Assembly (NCBI GenBank): GCA_028534125.1
Contig: CM052817.1
Span: forward strand, 24,802,001 to 24,866,000
Length of the DNA: 64,000 nt
Source of the DNA: Lama glama
Lineage: Eukaryota
Direction: 5' to 3'
The position numbers and the translations under genes were made by a program. Shown here piece by piece: positions 51,001 to 62,459 of the stretch (positions within the stretch are counted from its first letter, which is position 1; each line of letters begins with the position of its first letter). The notes beneath the pieces are model-generated. The model did no database searches and was not told where the DNA came from. It saw only the letters and a list, made by a program, of their open reading frames with translations.

Positions 51001-54000
51001 CCGAGTACTTTGGTGCTGACTTTACAGTTCAGTATTTGCTGAAGGGTTTGGTTAAGGAGTGGGACCTTCAAAGCCATATTGAATTTGGGTTGAGGAGACC
51101 AGAGATGTATCCTGGGGTTGCTGACAGTTCAGGATGAGAGTGACTGGAGTTTGTACAGAGCAGTGGTAAGTAAGGGGGAATGCTGAACGGTAAGCAGCGT
51201 CCAAGCAGTTTTGGGTGTCAAACAGCCTGTGTGATTTTAGGAGGCAGTGGGATACCCTCAAAGGGTTAGGATTTTAAATTATGACAAAACAGATTCAATT
51301 CTATATTGGTTTTTAGAAATTTAAGCTAAGGTGATACACGCTGACGTGAGATGCACTTGTAGCTGCCTGGACTGCAGACAGGAGCAAACCCCAGGCCTGG
51401 GCTCCGGGTCCTGACTGTTTTCACACCGCACTTGACTGTAAGGACTGCCGCGCAGTCACTGAGAATCAGCAGAAAGCTGAGCTACGCAAACTATTACACT
51501 TGGGTGCATCTTGCCAGCATACTTCAGTTATGTTTAAAACCAACACCTTTGCCAATGAGTAAGATAAAAGTGTTTCTGTGTCTTCACTGCGCTTCAGAGA
51601 TAGGCTGTTTGTCTAGACAAACTGGCTGAGACACAGTAGCTGTTCAAATGTTTGTGGAGTGGCGGTCACACTTCTGGCCAGATGTTTAAACAAGAATAAC
51701 AAGAACAGCCTTACAGGGGCTGCTTTGAGCCTTGTTTGGCTTAACTGTTCTGTCCTGGTAACTTCCAGCGTCTCTCTTAAAAGATCACTGCCATGCAGAG
51801 GTTGTTTTTTCTTTCAGTGGTGAATGGAGAGTGTTTTCAGGCAATGAGTTGGGGGCCCTCTTGGGCTGGTGGCTCTTTACTTCTTGGAAAGAGAAGAACC
51901 AAGATCACAGTGCCCTCAAAGACACGTACATGTTGTCCAGCACCGTCTCCTCAAAAATCCTGCGGGCCATTGCCTTAAAGGAGGGTTTTCACTTCGAGGT
52001 AAGGTCTTTGTGAGACTTGCTCTCTTCCCTTTTTTTGCTCTGTAAAAGGTCTAAGGCATTTCTTTCTCTTTTGGATTATCCTTTTAGGAAACATTAACTG
52101 GCTTTAAGTGGATGGGAAACCGAGCCAAACAACTAATAGACCAGGGGAAAAATGTCTTATTTGCATTTGAAGAAGCTATTGGTAAGAGTTGACATCATGA
52201 TCATGGAATCAGCTAATTTACAGAATGCAAATAAACGGCAAAAGTTTGGATTTGGGTTTGGGTTCAGAAGATTAACAGTGAAATGGGAGCACACAGTTAG
52301 CTTTGCTTCTGCGACGCTCAGCAAGTGTTGAATTGTCCCACCCCAGATTTGGTGTTGCAGATTTTTTTTCAGCTGAAAAAAAAATTGATCTCACAAATAA
52401 CCAAGCCATTTATGTAAGGAAGTGAATCCTTTCCCTGGATGACTAAGAACAGCGATGTTCTGTACATGGCGGCTAGTAGCTACGGAAGCCTCATATTTGG
52501 AGAGTTGTGAGATTCCTCACTATGGTGTTGATACCCAGTCCGAATATAGTTCACTTATAGTACACACACACACACACACACGGAGAATGCTCTGCAGAGA
52601 TCTGTCCAGAAAAAAGGAGAATGCACGGTTGTGGGACTTTGATCAGAGTGATTGCCACCTGAAAGACCCAGCCAGGATGACGGAAAAACACGTGTCTTGA
52701 ATGATCACTATAAATGAGCAGAAAGGAGAGCTAGCAATAGAAACTTGAAATGCAAATGTTTGTGCTGGAGATAATTTTAGCTCTTTGTTTAGTAAAAGTT
52801 ACTGTGCATCATGGTTATTATACAACACGTATCTCGCTGGTTTAAACATTCCCTGCAGCACAGACATGAGCACATCAACTGAACTAATTCATTGAATGAA
52901 GTGCAGTAGCTCAGCTTGTGCTCTTTTGTTGTCAAAACTGGCAGTCCAGTCTTTCTGTAGCTTTTTTATTTAAAACAAATATTTTCTTACATTTGTTTAT
53001 CAAATACTTACTGTATATCACTTATACAGTGACTCTGAAAGAAATGGATAACACTGACCTTAGCCTACAGCAGTTTATATAGATCTGGTTAGAAACCACA
53101 CAAGAGAGTATGGGCTCATTGTCAAGGTGAATAATGAAACTCGCAAGAACTGTGGGGATTCAGAGAAGACAGAATACAGATTGACTAGAACCACTGGAAA
53201 CAATTTTGTGTGAGCTGTAGGGATTTGGGCTAGACCTGGAAAATGTGCACAATTTGACAAGGAGGGAGATTCTCTTTACTGGTTATTCAACTAATAATTC
53301 TTTTTTTCTTTTCTTTTTTTAAATTAAAGCATAGTTGAATTACAATATTATATTAGTTTCAGGTGTACAACATAGTGGTTCAATATTTTTATAGATTATA
53401 CTCCATTTCTAGTTATAAAATAATGACTATATTCCCTGTGCTGTACAGTAAGTACATCCTTGTATCTTACTTATTTTATACATAGTAGTTTATACCTCAA
53501 CAAATACTTCTTGAAGGCCTGCTATGCACTAGACACTGGGCTAGATTCTCAAATATCATGGTGGTGAATGAGAAGCATCTATGTACTGTGCAGCTTCTTG
53601 TGCAATAGGCAGGATGCACATAGACGTGTGCATACGTAGTGTGTAAAGGGACCTACTCCTCACTGTGTGTGTCTCTGCAGGATACATGTGCTGCCCTTTT
53701 GTTCTGGACAAAGATGGAGTCAGTGCCGCCGTCATAACTGCAGAGTTGGCTAGCTTTCTAGCAACCAAGAATTTGTCTTTGTCTCAGCAGCTAAAGGCCA
53801 TTTATGTTGAGTAAGTTTCTATTAATGCTGTTTAATTGGAGTAAGCTTTTTATCCATTTCAGATGTACCACATTATGACTCAGTATACGTCTACATTGTG
53901 AAATGATCACAATTAGTAAAGTTAACGTGTATCATCACACATAGTAATATTTTATAATGCTTTACTCTGTTCTTGTGCATGGGACACTAATGTTCTTTCT

Positions 54001-55716
54001 GATGCTCTTACTTTAGTTATGAATTCTGTTTCTTATGAGAACTAGATAAGAGATCATCTTTTCCTTTTGATATCTAATCACTTAATAGTAATTACCATTC
54101 ATGATGACATTAATCCTTACAAATGAGAAAATTAGTTGCAGAAATGGCTAATGGAAGAATGCGATTTTAAGTGTCTAATGTCAAAAAAGACTAAATGTGT
54201 TCATGAAACATCTGTTTAATCTTTATAGCAATTACTCAACTCTACCTTTGTAGTGCAGAAGCAGCCAGACTCAACACATAAGGTAATGATGTGGCTGTTC
54301 CACTAATAAAACTTTTACTCAAAAACACTGGCTGAGGGCCAGGCAACAGTTCAGCAATCCCTGGGGTAGATAGTTGGACCTCTTTTTTTTAATTCTAAAT
54401 TATTCCTTTGAAACTCATCATGGTTATTTGTGTCATTTATTTTAGAGTATACTGGTTGATGACATGTTCAGTGTACACTGTGCAGAATTCTTTGTTCCTT
54501 GTTTTGCATGTAATTGTATTTGTATTGATAGGTATGGCTACCATATTACCAAAGCTTCATATTTCATCTGTCACGATCAAGGCACTGTTAAAAAATTATT
54601 TGAAAACCTTAGAAACTACGATGGAAAGAATAATTATCCAAAAACTTGTGGCAAATTTGAAATTTCTGGCATTAGGGACCTTACAACTGGCTATGATGAT
54701 AGCCAACCTGATAAAAAAGCTGTAAGTAATGTCTTTCATCAATTAAACTCTTTTTTTATTTACCTTTTATTACACTTTGAATAGCTCAACTTATTTAATC
54801 ATATAATTAATTGAAGCTGGTTTTAATCATATAATTAACTGAAGCTGGTTCTTAAGAGTTATTATAAATAAGATGTCAAATTATATAGATATTTAAAAAC
54901 CATGGACTGAAACTGAAGAGGTTTTTTCTCACTAGTCATTGAGGCCAGTACTGTCATTTAACACATCAGGAAACCGATACGGTTGGCCCTTGATATCCTT
55001 GGGTTTAGTATCCACAGGTTTCACATCCGCGGATACTGAGGGTCAATTTTACCATGATATTTTATATAAGGCACTTGAGCATCCATGGATTTTGTTGAGC
55101 ACCATCATCCCTTCATTCAGGAACTGGTCGGGGCCCGCTGTGTGTTACCTACAGGGGTATGGACGCCGTACTCATTCAGTCCTTTCCGCACAACTTGCTT
55201 TGTTCTCTATGGGAAGATAGTGGGAACTTCCTGCTAAATTTTGGGTTCTAGAAGTTCAGCCATGTGCTTTAGTATGGGTCTCTTTTCATTCATTTCTTTG
55301 GACACTTGGTTGGTCTTTGTTGGTCAGTAGAGTCATTTCTTTTGGTTCTGAGAAGTTTTCTTGATTTTATATTGAAGAAGGAGGCTGGATGGTTGTACTT
55401 CAAGCATTTTCTGTTCTCCCCTTCTCGACAAGTTCTTAGATGCTGACTCTCCAGGAGCGATGTTCTACTTTCTGTGTTTCTTTCTTCCCTCTGTCCATCT
55501 GTATCTTCTTTTCCTACTTTTGGGGAGATGACCTCAACAGTAACTTTCAATGCTTCTGTTGGCTATGTCAGCTCTTTTTCTCTAATTTATTAAAAATAAC
55601 ATCCCATTCTTGTTTCATGTATATCATATCTTATCTCTTAAGGATATTAATTATAGCTTTTTTAAAAGGCAGATCTTTTTTCCTCTGTACTGTCTTTATT
55701 TCCCTTAAGGTCTTTT

Positions 55717-55758
<42 letters not shown>

Positions 55759-58302
55759 TTAGTTTGGACTTTGTCTTTTGTCTTCCCCAAAGTCTGTTAA
55801 TCCTTAATTGTACTTTGGGCCCTAAAAAACTGGTTAGAGTCTCTTTATACATGTGGAAGGCATTGCCAAAGCATTGACCATACTTCACTCTAGAGAGATT
55901 GTATTTGGGGAGAGAGGATCTGGGGAAGCCTCAGTCTCACCCTAAGCTCCTGCCCAAGGGCTATAAGTTGGGATTTTGAGGTCCCAGAAGTAATGGAGAG
56001 GTGCTGCAGGCTGGAGGGGAGGGGTGCGAGCACTCAGTGTGGACTCTGACTTACTCTCAGTTTTCTCCATGCCCTGCCCTCCATGGTGCCCCGTGTCACC
56101 AGCTCCTGAGCCCTTCTGGTTCAGTTACACCAGGGATTTAAACCGCCTCCTGATGAGGTGGTTGCCTGACCGTGTGGGCAGAGGGTGAGGATCTGGGGGG
56201 TCTAATAGCTCCTTTCAAATACTACCTTTGTCTCACCCCTGCAGTACCTGGTGCCCCAGGTGGTGAGCTTTGCAGGCTCTGCAGAGCATGCTGACTCGGT
56301 TCTTTCTGCCTGCTACCAGGTCTCCGCTCTTGTCCCGTGTTCCATCAGGTCATTTCCCTCTGGTTTCTGACTTCCACAATTGGTTGGCAGCTCTGTCAGC
56401 TGCTGTTACCTCTTTGCACTTGTGTGTTTTTTGTTTTCTAATGCCTCAGTCATTTCAGTGGAGTTTGGAAAGCAATCAGTACATCTTCTAGAAGCTCTTG
56501 ACAGTGAAATAAGTCTAATGTTTTGTGTGGTTTTGGTAATGCATTATTAATCTGTTTTAAGCAATTTTTTGGTGAAATGATGTGTTTCAATTTTAGTAAA
56601 CCTTATATAACTTCAGTAGAACTAGGGAGGTAAAATGCTAGTGTACAGAGTTACTTAATTTTCACAAATTGCCTTATCATCATTATTATTATTTATTTAT
56701 TTCATTTATATGGAGTACATTTTCTGTTTTCCTCAAAAATGTTCTTTTCAAACCAATGTATTTGTTTTGCATTTACTTTCTTGCTTATCCAGGGGGAAAT
56801 ATCGCTTAGGTGAGAGCAGCTTATGTTACTACTTAAAGTTATGACATGTGTAAATTAATTCCTAGGTTCTCCCTACCAGTAAACGCAGCCAAATGATCAC
56901 CTTTACCTTTGCTAATGGAGGCGTGGCCACCATTCGGACCAGTGGGACAGAGCCCAAAATCAAGTACTATTCAGAATTGTGCGCCCCCCCTGGAAATAGG
57001 TACGCTATGGATGACAGCCACTGTGATTTTTATTCCCTAAACTTCCTAAAATCAACACTAAGTAAAATATTTCATCTTTCCAATATGTGGTTTAATTAGG
57101 AATGTTGTTTCAGAACCTGCCGCAGTATTATGATATTAACAGCTGCTTGAGGTGTCCAGGGACAAGAGAGCTTACTTCCTGCTTAACTACTTCCTTCTCT
57201 CCTAACTTTCCTTGTACGGGAAAATTTAATTCTTGATTTCAGTAATAGTCATAAAATTTCCTTTTTAGTACTTTTTATTTGAGGCTAGCAACAATGAGAT
57301 TTTCTTCCTCTCTGCATCTCTGATACAATAATTTAAACTCCATTATCTTGGAGCACCTCTTGTGTGTAAGTCATGCCAGCTCCTGGGGCAGATAAAGACC
57401 CATGTGAGAAAGAGCCCTTGACACCAAAGGGCTGATGGTCTGCTAGCTTCAGTGTCATGTTTTGTCACCTTGGTAAAGGGTTTGAGTTGGTCCTTTCCAA
57501 CACCTGTAACATTTTGAACTTTGCCAGCCGTCTACATGTAGTTAGCACATGTAAATGTGATTTTGCATACCTATTTAACACTCACTTAACTAACACTTCT
57601 GTATGTAGAATACAGTTCAGAAAACAGGAAATGTTTTTAAAGATGAATTAAGTCAGCGCTGTCCAACAGAAATAAATGTAAGCTCCATATAAAACAAAAA
57701 ATGTAAGCCCCATATGCAGTTTGAAATTTTCTCCTACATAAGTTTAAATAGTGAAAAGAAAGAGGTATAAATAATTTTAATAATACATTTAACTTGGTAT
57801 ATTAAATATTAACATTACAGCTAACTGTGTTAAATATTAATATAACATGTAGTCATTATAAAAATTATTAATGAGTTTTTAATTGAAGTATAGTTGATTT
57901 ACAATGTTGTATTAGTTTCAGGTGTACAACAAAGTGGTTCGGTTACACATTATATATATATATACTTTTTCAGACTCTTTTCCATTATAGGTTATTGCAA
58001 GATATAGAATATAGTTCCCTACAGTAGGTCTTTGTTGTTTATCTGTTTTATATGTAGGAGTGTGTATAAATTATCCCAAACTCCTAATTTCCCCCCCCCA
58101 CTATCCTCTTTGGTAACCATACATTTGTTTTCATTGTTACTGGTTTGTAAATAAATTCATATTTTAGATTCCACATATAAGTGATATCATATTGATACTT
58201 GTCTTTGTCTGACTTACTCCACTTAATATGATAATCTCTAGGTCCATCCATGTTACTGCTAATAGCATGATTTCATTCCTTTTTATGGCTGAATAATATT
58301 CC

Positions 58303-58348
<46 letters not shown>

Positions 58349-61300
58349 CACACACATACATATACACACACCATGTCTTTATCCAGTCATCTGTTTTTGG
58401 ACATTTAGGCTTGGCTATTGTAAGTAGTGCTGCTGTGAACATTGAGGTGCATGTGTCTTTTCAAATTAGAGTTTTCTCTGGATATATGCCCAGACATGGG
58501 ATTGCTGGATCATGTGGTAACTCTATCTTTAGTTTTTTAAGGAACCTCCATACTGTTCTCTATAGTAGCTGCACCAATTTACATTCCCACCAACTGTATA
58601 GGAGAGTCCCTTTTTCTATCAATGAGATATTTTAAATTCTTTTTTTCTCACTAATTCTTCAAAATCTGTATAGTATTTTATACTTACCACATATCTCAAA
58701 TTCAAATGCTATTTTTTTTGGAACTACTTGATCTGTATTTAGATTTCATAAAACTTAGATAAATTTCATGAAAAAGTAGATTTTGACACCCAAGTTGTTG
58801 CAAACATACCCAAGTTTTCCAATACTGAATCAAGTACCAGTTTTAAAATTTGAATTTCAATTAATTAAACTGAAATGAAATTAAAAATTCAGTTCCTCAG
58901 TTATACTAGCCTCATTTCAAGTGCACCATATCCGTGTGTGGCTAACGGCAGCTGTAGCAGACAGCACAGGTCTGGGGGGTTCTAGCAACATGTACGCACC
59001 AAAGCTTTGTTCACAGGATTTTCTAGCTTATGAATCACATTTACACTATGTGCAAATAAGAGCAGAGGAAAATTTCTGAGCATCTTAAATCAGCAAGCCA
59101 ACAGCGGATTAAATGTAGCAGATTGTGGGGGCAGGGAAGACTTGTTGCAGTTGGCCTTTCCTCAGGCAGGGAGAAGTCAGTGCTGTTAGCAAAGCAAGAA
59201 ATATTAAAACAGAACAAAACTACAAAACATGGATACAAGAATTCAGAATGTTCACCTCCAGGGGAGTTTATCATAAAGGAAATAGTAATCCATACCCAAA
59301 TGGGCCCTGAAGTTTCTTCTGAATAAGAGCTCCATTCCAACAGTCATGATTGTGAATCTCAGACAGCATGATATTCAGATAGTATATTTAAGAAGTCATG
59401 GGACTGTGTAATGTATTTCATCACAGATTCCCATTCAGTACTTTTTTGTGCTTAAAAGACAAAAACTCAACTATTAAGCCACTTGAATAAACCCATAAAA
59501 GTGCTCATTTTCTAAGCGTTCTGGATCACCGATATTTTATTGTAATATTGTGCAAGTATCAGTGTTTCCATGTGTGTTATATAATAAGCTATTTACTCTT
59601 ACATTGAGTATGACTTTCCATAGATATTTCTTTGTAATTCTCATTCTCACTTACGTTTTCATATTTCTGTGCCTCATTCTTTTGAAAACAAATGGACATG
59701 AGTCCAACTTAAAGATCTCTTTTCTCTGTATCTTTGTTTTTAACTCTTTGTTATCCTGTGAAAATATATGTAATATTTCAGAAAACTTTCCTTTATAATG
59801 ACAACATAGCTTACTTTTTAAGGACCTATGGTATTTGCATTTTTCACATGGATTTAAATTCAAATATTAATTTATAAATTGCTGAAAGCACTTTGAAAAT
59901 TTATCCTTTTATTATATTCATTGAAATGTTGCTCCCATTGATTAAATGGGACATTAGGCCCTATGTCGGTCCACGGATGTGTCGTCAGGGCTCAAGACAT
60001 CAGCATACCTAACGCGTGATAGCAGTAAAGCCATGGTTCAGGTTTTTCTTATTTTCCAACGACCTTAAATATTATTAACATATTTTATATCATGAATTTC
60101 ATTCATTCATAGAATTCCACACTACTAATCCTTTAGAATGGAAAATCCTTTTCAAATATAAGGTCTTGTTTTAAAAAAATATTTTTTGCTGGGGTTGATG
60201 TCTTTAGTTTCGTCCAACTTTTTATTGTGAAAAATGTCAGGCCTGTAGAAATGTAGATATAATGCAGTGAATACCCACATACCCAACACTTAGACTAGGG
60301 GTAGGGAAACTTTTTCTGTGAAGAGTCAGATGGTAACTGTTTTAGGGTTTGCAGACCATATGGTCCTTGCTGGAACCACTCAGCTCTGCTGTTGTAGCAG
60401 GAAAGCAGCCACAGACATGAAAGAATGAGTGTGGCTGTGTCCCAATAAAACTTTATTTACAAAAGCAGGCCACACACCATAGTTTGCCTCCCCCAACCTG
60501 GTCTCAGCAATTGCTGGCATTTTTCAATATTTGCTCTCCTCACCATATATATTATATATTTGGGTTTTTTTGTTTGTTTGTTTTCTGAGCCATTTGAAAG
60601 TAAGTCATAGGCTTCAGTACTCATCTCCTAAGAACAAGGATGTTCTTCTATTATAAGATTTAGGTAATAATTATATCAGGCAGGGTTCTAAAAAAGAAAT
60701 AAAACCAGCAGGAGATACAAAGTAAATTCATTGATGAGTTGTACTGTTATGTATATTGGGTTTTTTTTTTTTTAAAAAGTAATTTTAGTTAAGTGCTTTC
60801 CTCAGAACTGTTATTTTCTTCAAAGCACATTTATGGAGATGGGGGAAAAGACCTGTGTGATTCATATATATTTATGAAGCATAATTACTTTATATGTTAC
60901 CAATGGGGATAAAAATAATTACAATGATAGCTACATTTATTGAGGTTTTTGGGCCAGGTTCTGTGCTAATTGCTTTATATAATTTATCTCAACCTATACA
61001 ACAACTCTCTTGAGAAGATGAAGACTTTATCTCAATTTTACAAATGAAGAATCTGGGACTTTGAGAAGCTAAGTCACTTGCCCAAGGGCACACAGGTAGT
61101 AAGAAGTAGTCAAGCCAGAATTAATGTTGATAATAAAATGATTGTTTTAGTGGTACTGGTTAACTATTACAGTGCAGAAATGATCTTAACGATTTACAGG
61201 GATTGCCCTTTCCATTAAAATTGAGTTTGTATATATTAAAGATGGTGAAGTATGAAGTAATGAAAGTTTGAATGGAAGGAGTTAGTTTTTTCATTCAGCT

Positions 61301-62153
61301 TTTTGATTGTTTATACAGATTTTGTTATATAGATTTTTGTTCCTGAGGTAGAATAAAAAAATAAGCAGGGGGTCTGAGTTCCAGCTGAGTGACCGGCAAG
61401 CCCACTAGGAGGCTCCCCGTTTCCGGCCTAGGAAGGCCTTACCTCGAGCTGTCGCCTAGGTTCCAGTAGTCGAAGACAAACAGGGTCAGGAATGGGGAGG
61501 GGATAGCTCAGTGGTAGAGTACATGCTTAGCATGCATGAGGCCCTGAGTTCAAGCCCCAGGATTTCCAGTAAAAATAAATAAAATAAATACATAAGCCTA
61601 ATGACACTCCCACCACCACCAAAACAAACAAACAGACAACAGGATCAGGAACATCCGTATCCTGGGAGACCGAGGACACGCTGGGGATGTCATTTGTAAA
61701 AGTTTAGCAGGATTTAATGACACCTGGAGTAGTGAAAATTGTCTCCGCTCTGTTAGGTATAGACATTGCAGAGCTTTTACAGATGCCAGGCCACAAATTG
61801 TGTTTCTTAAAAATTCTTACGAGAAGTGCAAAGGGATGGTTTTGTTTATAGTACTTTGGGGAAAATAATACTGTTTCATGGGGCTTTTTGTCCGCATCAC
61901 CAGATACATTCCCATGCTTAAGTAGTTGGAGTTTTGTCTGATTTAGCCCTCCACTCAAGGTTAAGTATCAATGCTACTTGGTCTGTGTGGGGAGTCTTTA
62001 AGCTTTGGAATAATCCACTGATCTGGAATTTCTTCCGCCTTATTTTGCAGTGATCCTGAGCAGCTGAAGAGAGAACTAAATGAACTAGTCAGTGCTATTG
62101 AAGAACATTTTTTCCAGCCACAAAAGTATAACCTGCAGCCAAAAGGAGAGTGA
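32570..62153 (+). CDS. PGM2: Phosphoglucomutase-2 (phosphopentomutase), complete 14-exon CDS: join(32570-32620,36743-36910,42184-42290,45383-45467,47145-47228,47363-47556,49561-49750,50588-50685,51818-51998,52088-52181,53681-53810,54532-54721,56866-56999,62051-62153), 602 aa
   Basis: Exons sum to 1809 nt (602 codons + TGA). All junctions are GT-AG and phase-consistent. Contains FGTAGLR, catalytic phosphoserine loop TASHNP, metal loop DPDADR, sugar-binding FEEAIG and phosphate-binding RTSGTEPK. Collinear with recalled human PGM2. Confidence 0.98.
33512..33686. mobile_element. MER91A-like hAT-Tip100 MITE
   Basis: TIRs cagggctgac / gtcggccctg; internal tttgcactggatcttgcaaatcatgtag. Confidence 0.7.
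34517..34822 (-). mobile_element. Young L1 3' UTR fragment
   Basis: ttttattgaagtatagtcagtttacaatg...; closely similar to the copy at 36997. Confidence 0.85.
35800..36515 (-). mobile_element. MER21-like LTR
   Basis: gtcccacaagactgcccccacctcagat...cctcattagcataaactcagg. Confidence 0.6.
36743..36910 (+). CDS. PGM2: PGM2 exon 2 ([10 protein letters not shown]...FGTAGLR...IIQTTQ)
   Basis: ttttgcag| acceptor, |gtacca donor, 168 nt. Confidence 0.97.
36997..37660 (-). mobile_element. L1 (ORF2 end plus 3' UTR)
   Basis: Minus ORF 37219-37488 begins [23 protein letters not shown]. Confidence 0.92.
39260..39760 (-). mobile_element. MLT1-type LTR
   Basis: tttgctcacaaatctgtaatgtgg...cacttctaccatattc...gccgtctttggaaaat. 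Confidence 0.65.
42184..42290 (+). CDS. PGM2: PGM2 exon 3 ([10 protein letters not shown]...SGGSSK)
   Basis: tttttag| acceptor, |gtatgt donor, 107 nt. Confidence 0.97.
42699..42845. repeat. Imperfect (GGT/GAT)n trinucleotide repeat in PGM2 intron 3
   Basis: gatggtgatggtggtgatgatggtggtgg..., about 48 units. Confidence 0.95.
42883..43082. mobile_element. MER58A-like element
   Basis: gggtcagcaaactttttc...aagggcaaatagtaaata...aataaaactttatttacaaa...agtttgccaacc. Confidence 0.75.
44880..45070. mobile_element. MER20-like element
   Basis: ggccagataattcttg...gtgcattgtgggatgctgagcaccatcc...gtgacaaccaaaaatgtctcc. Confidence 0.75.
45383..45467 (+). CDS. PGM2: PGM2 exon 4 (FARLAATTF...TPTPFV)
   Basis: tttccag| acceptor, |gtaagt donor, 85 nt. 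Confidence 0.97.
47145..47228 (+). CDS. PGM2: PGM2 exon 5 ([28 protein letters not shown]; catalytic Ser)
   Basis: ttacag| acceptor, |gtatta donor, 84 nt, TASHNP motif. Confidence 0.97.
47363..47556 (+). CDS. PGM2: PGM2 exon 6 ([10 protein letters not shown]...KKYCFH)
   Basis: ctctag| acceptor, |gtaaat donor, 194 nt. Confidence 0.97.
49561..49750 (+). CDS. PGM2: PGM2 exon 7 ([10 protein letters not shown]...[10 protein letters not shown])
   Basis: ttctag| acceptor, |gtaact donor, 190 nt. Confidence 0.97.
50065..50154 (+). mobile_element. vic-1-like SINE (short form)
   Basis: ggtatagctcagtggtagagtgcatgc...ggttcaatcccc plus poly(A); imperfect TSD agaatggagattc/agaatgaaggttc. Confidence 0.85.
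50588..50685 (+). CDS. PGM2: PGM2 exon 8 (TLSFALAD...[15 protein letters not shown])
   Basis: tttcag| acceptor, |gtacga donor, 98 nt, DPDADR metal-binding loop. Confidence 0.97.
51818..51998 (+). CDS. PGM2: PGM2 exon 9 ([12 protein letters not shown]...EGFHFE)
   Basis: tttcag| acceptor, |gtaagg donor, 181 nt. Confidence 0.97.
52088..52181 (+). CDS. PGM2: PGM2 exon 10 ([10 protein letters not shown]...FAFEEAI)
   Basis: ttttag| acceptor, |gtaaga donor, 94 nt; preceded by an 89-nt intron. Confidence 0.97.
53681..53810 (+). CDS. PGM2: PGM2 exon 11 ([16 protein letters not shown]...AIYV)
   Basis: ctgcag| acceptor, |gtaagt donor, 130 nt. Confidence 0.97.
54532..54721 (+). CDS. PGM2: PGM2 exon 12 ([10 protein letters not shown]...DSQPDKKA)
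   Basis: tgatag| acceptor, |gtaagt donor, 190 nt. Confidence 0.96.
55717..55758. repeat. (ATG)14 microsatellite in PGM2 intron 12
   Basis: Perfect atg x14. Confidence 0.95.
56866..56999 (+). CDS. PGM2: PGM2 exon 13 ([13 protein letters not shown]...[12 protein letters not shown]...PPGN)
   Basis: tcctag| acceptor, |gtacgc donor, 134 nt. Confidence 0.97.
57654..58970. mobile_element. MER33/Charlie-type DNA element split by an antisense L1 (about 57876-58615) that contains a (TG)n tract
   Basis: cagcgctgtccaacaga start and gacagcacag end; the internal L1 shows minus [15 protein letters not shown]; aatgag flanks the L1. Confidence 0.75.
60296..60495. mobile_element. MER58A-like element
   Basis: aggggtagggaaacttttt...ccaataaaactttatttacaaaagcagg...agtttgcc. 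Confidence 0.75.
61494..61637 (+). mobile_element. vic-1-like SINE
   Basis: ggggagggggatagctcagtggtagag...; TSD aacagggtcaggaa/aacaggatcaggaa. Confidence 0.85.
62051..62153 (+). CDS. PGM2: PGM2 exon 14 coding part (DPEQLKREL...LQPKGE*)
   Basis: tttgcag| acceptor, TGA at 62151-62153. Confidence 0.97.
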
Positions 62154-62317
62154 AATATCCCAGCCTTGGACATAATTGTGTTTACCTACAATGAAGCTGA
62201 GCTTGATTTCTTAAGCAGTATTTTCGAGGGCCAAATAATTTAAGCTATTGCTGCAAGTATTTACATTTTTGTAATAGAACTACATTCCTCCTTGTTTTAT
62301 GTTGGAACTTTAAGATA

Positions 62318-62459
62318 AATAAAGAAAGATGACCAAATCTAATAAGCCAACATTCCTACTAAAAGGTTGAGCCTGAGCAGCATCTGAATTTTAAAAATGA
62401 AGATTTTAAAAACAGCTTTCAAAAATATATCATAATTAATATACTTTCATTAGAATAAA
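62318..62459 (+). promoter_or_regulatory. Candidate polyadenylation signals in the PGM2 3' UTR
   Basis: AATAAA at 62318-62323 and 62454-62459 in an AT-rich 3' UTR; usage unknown. Confidence 0.4.

Noticed and set aside
55440..55877. 145-aa ORF with an Asp run
   Set aside because: Microsatellite inside old repeat-like intronic sequence; no recognisable homology.
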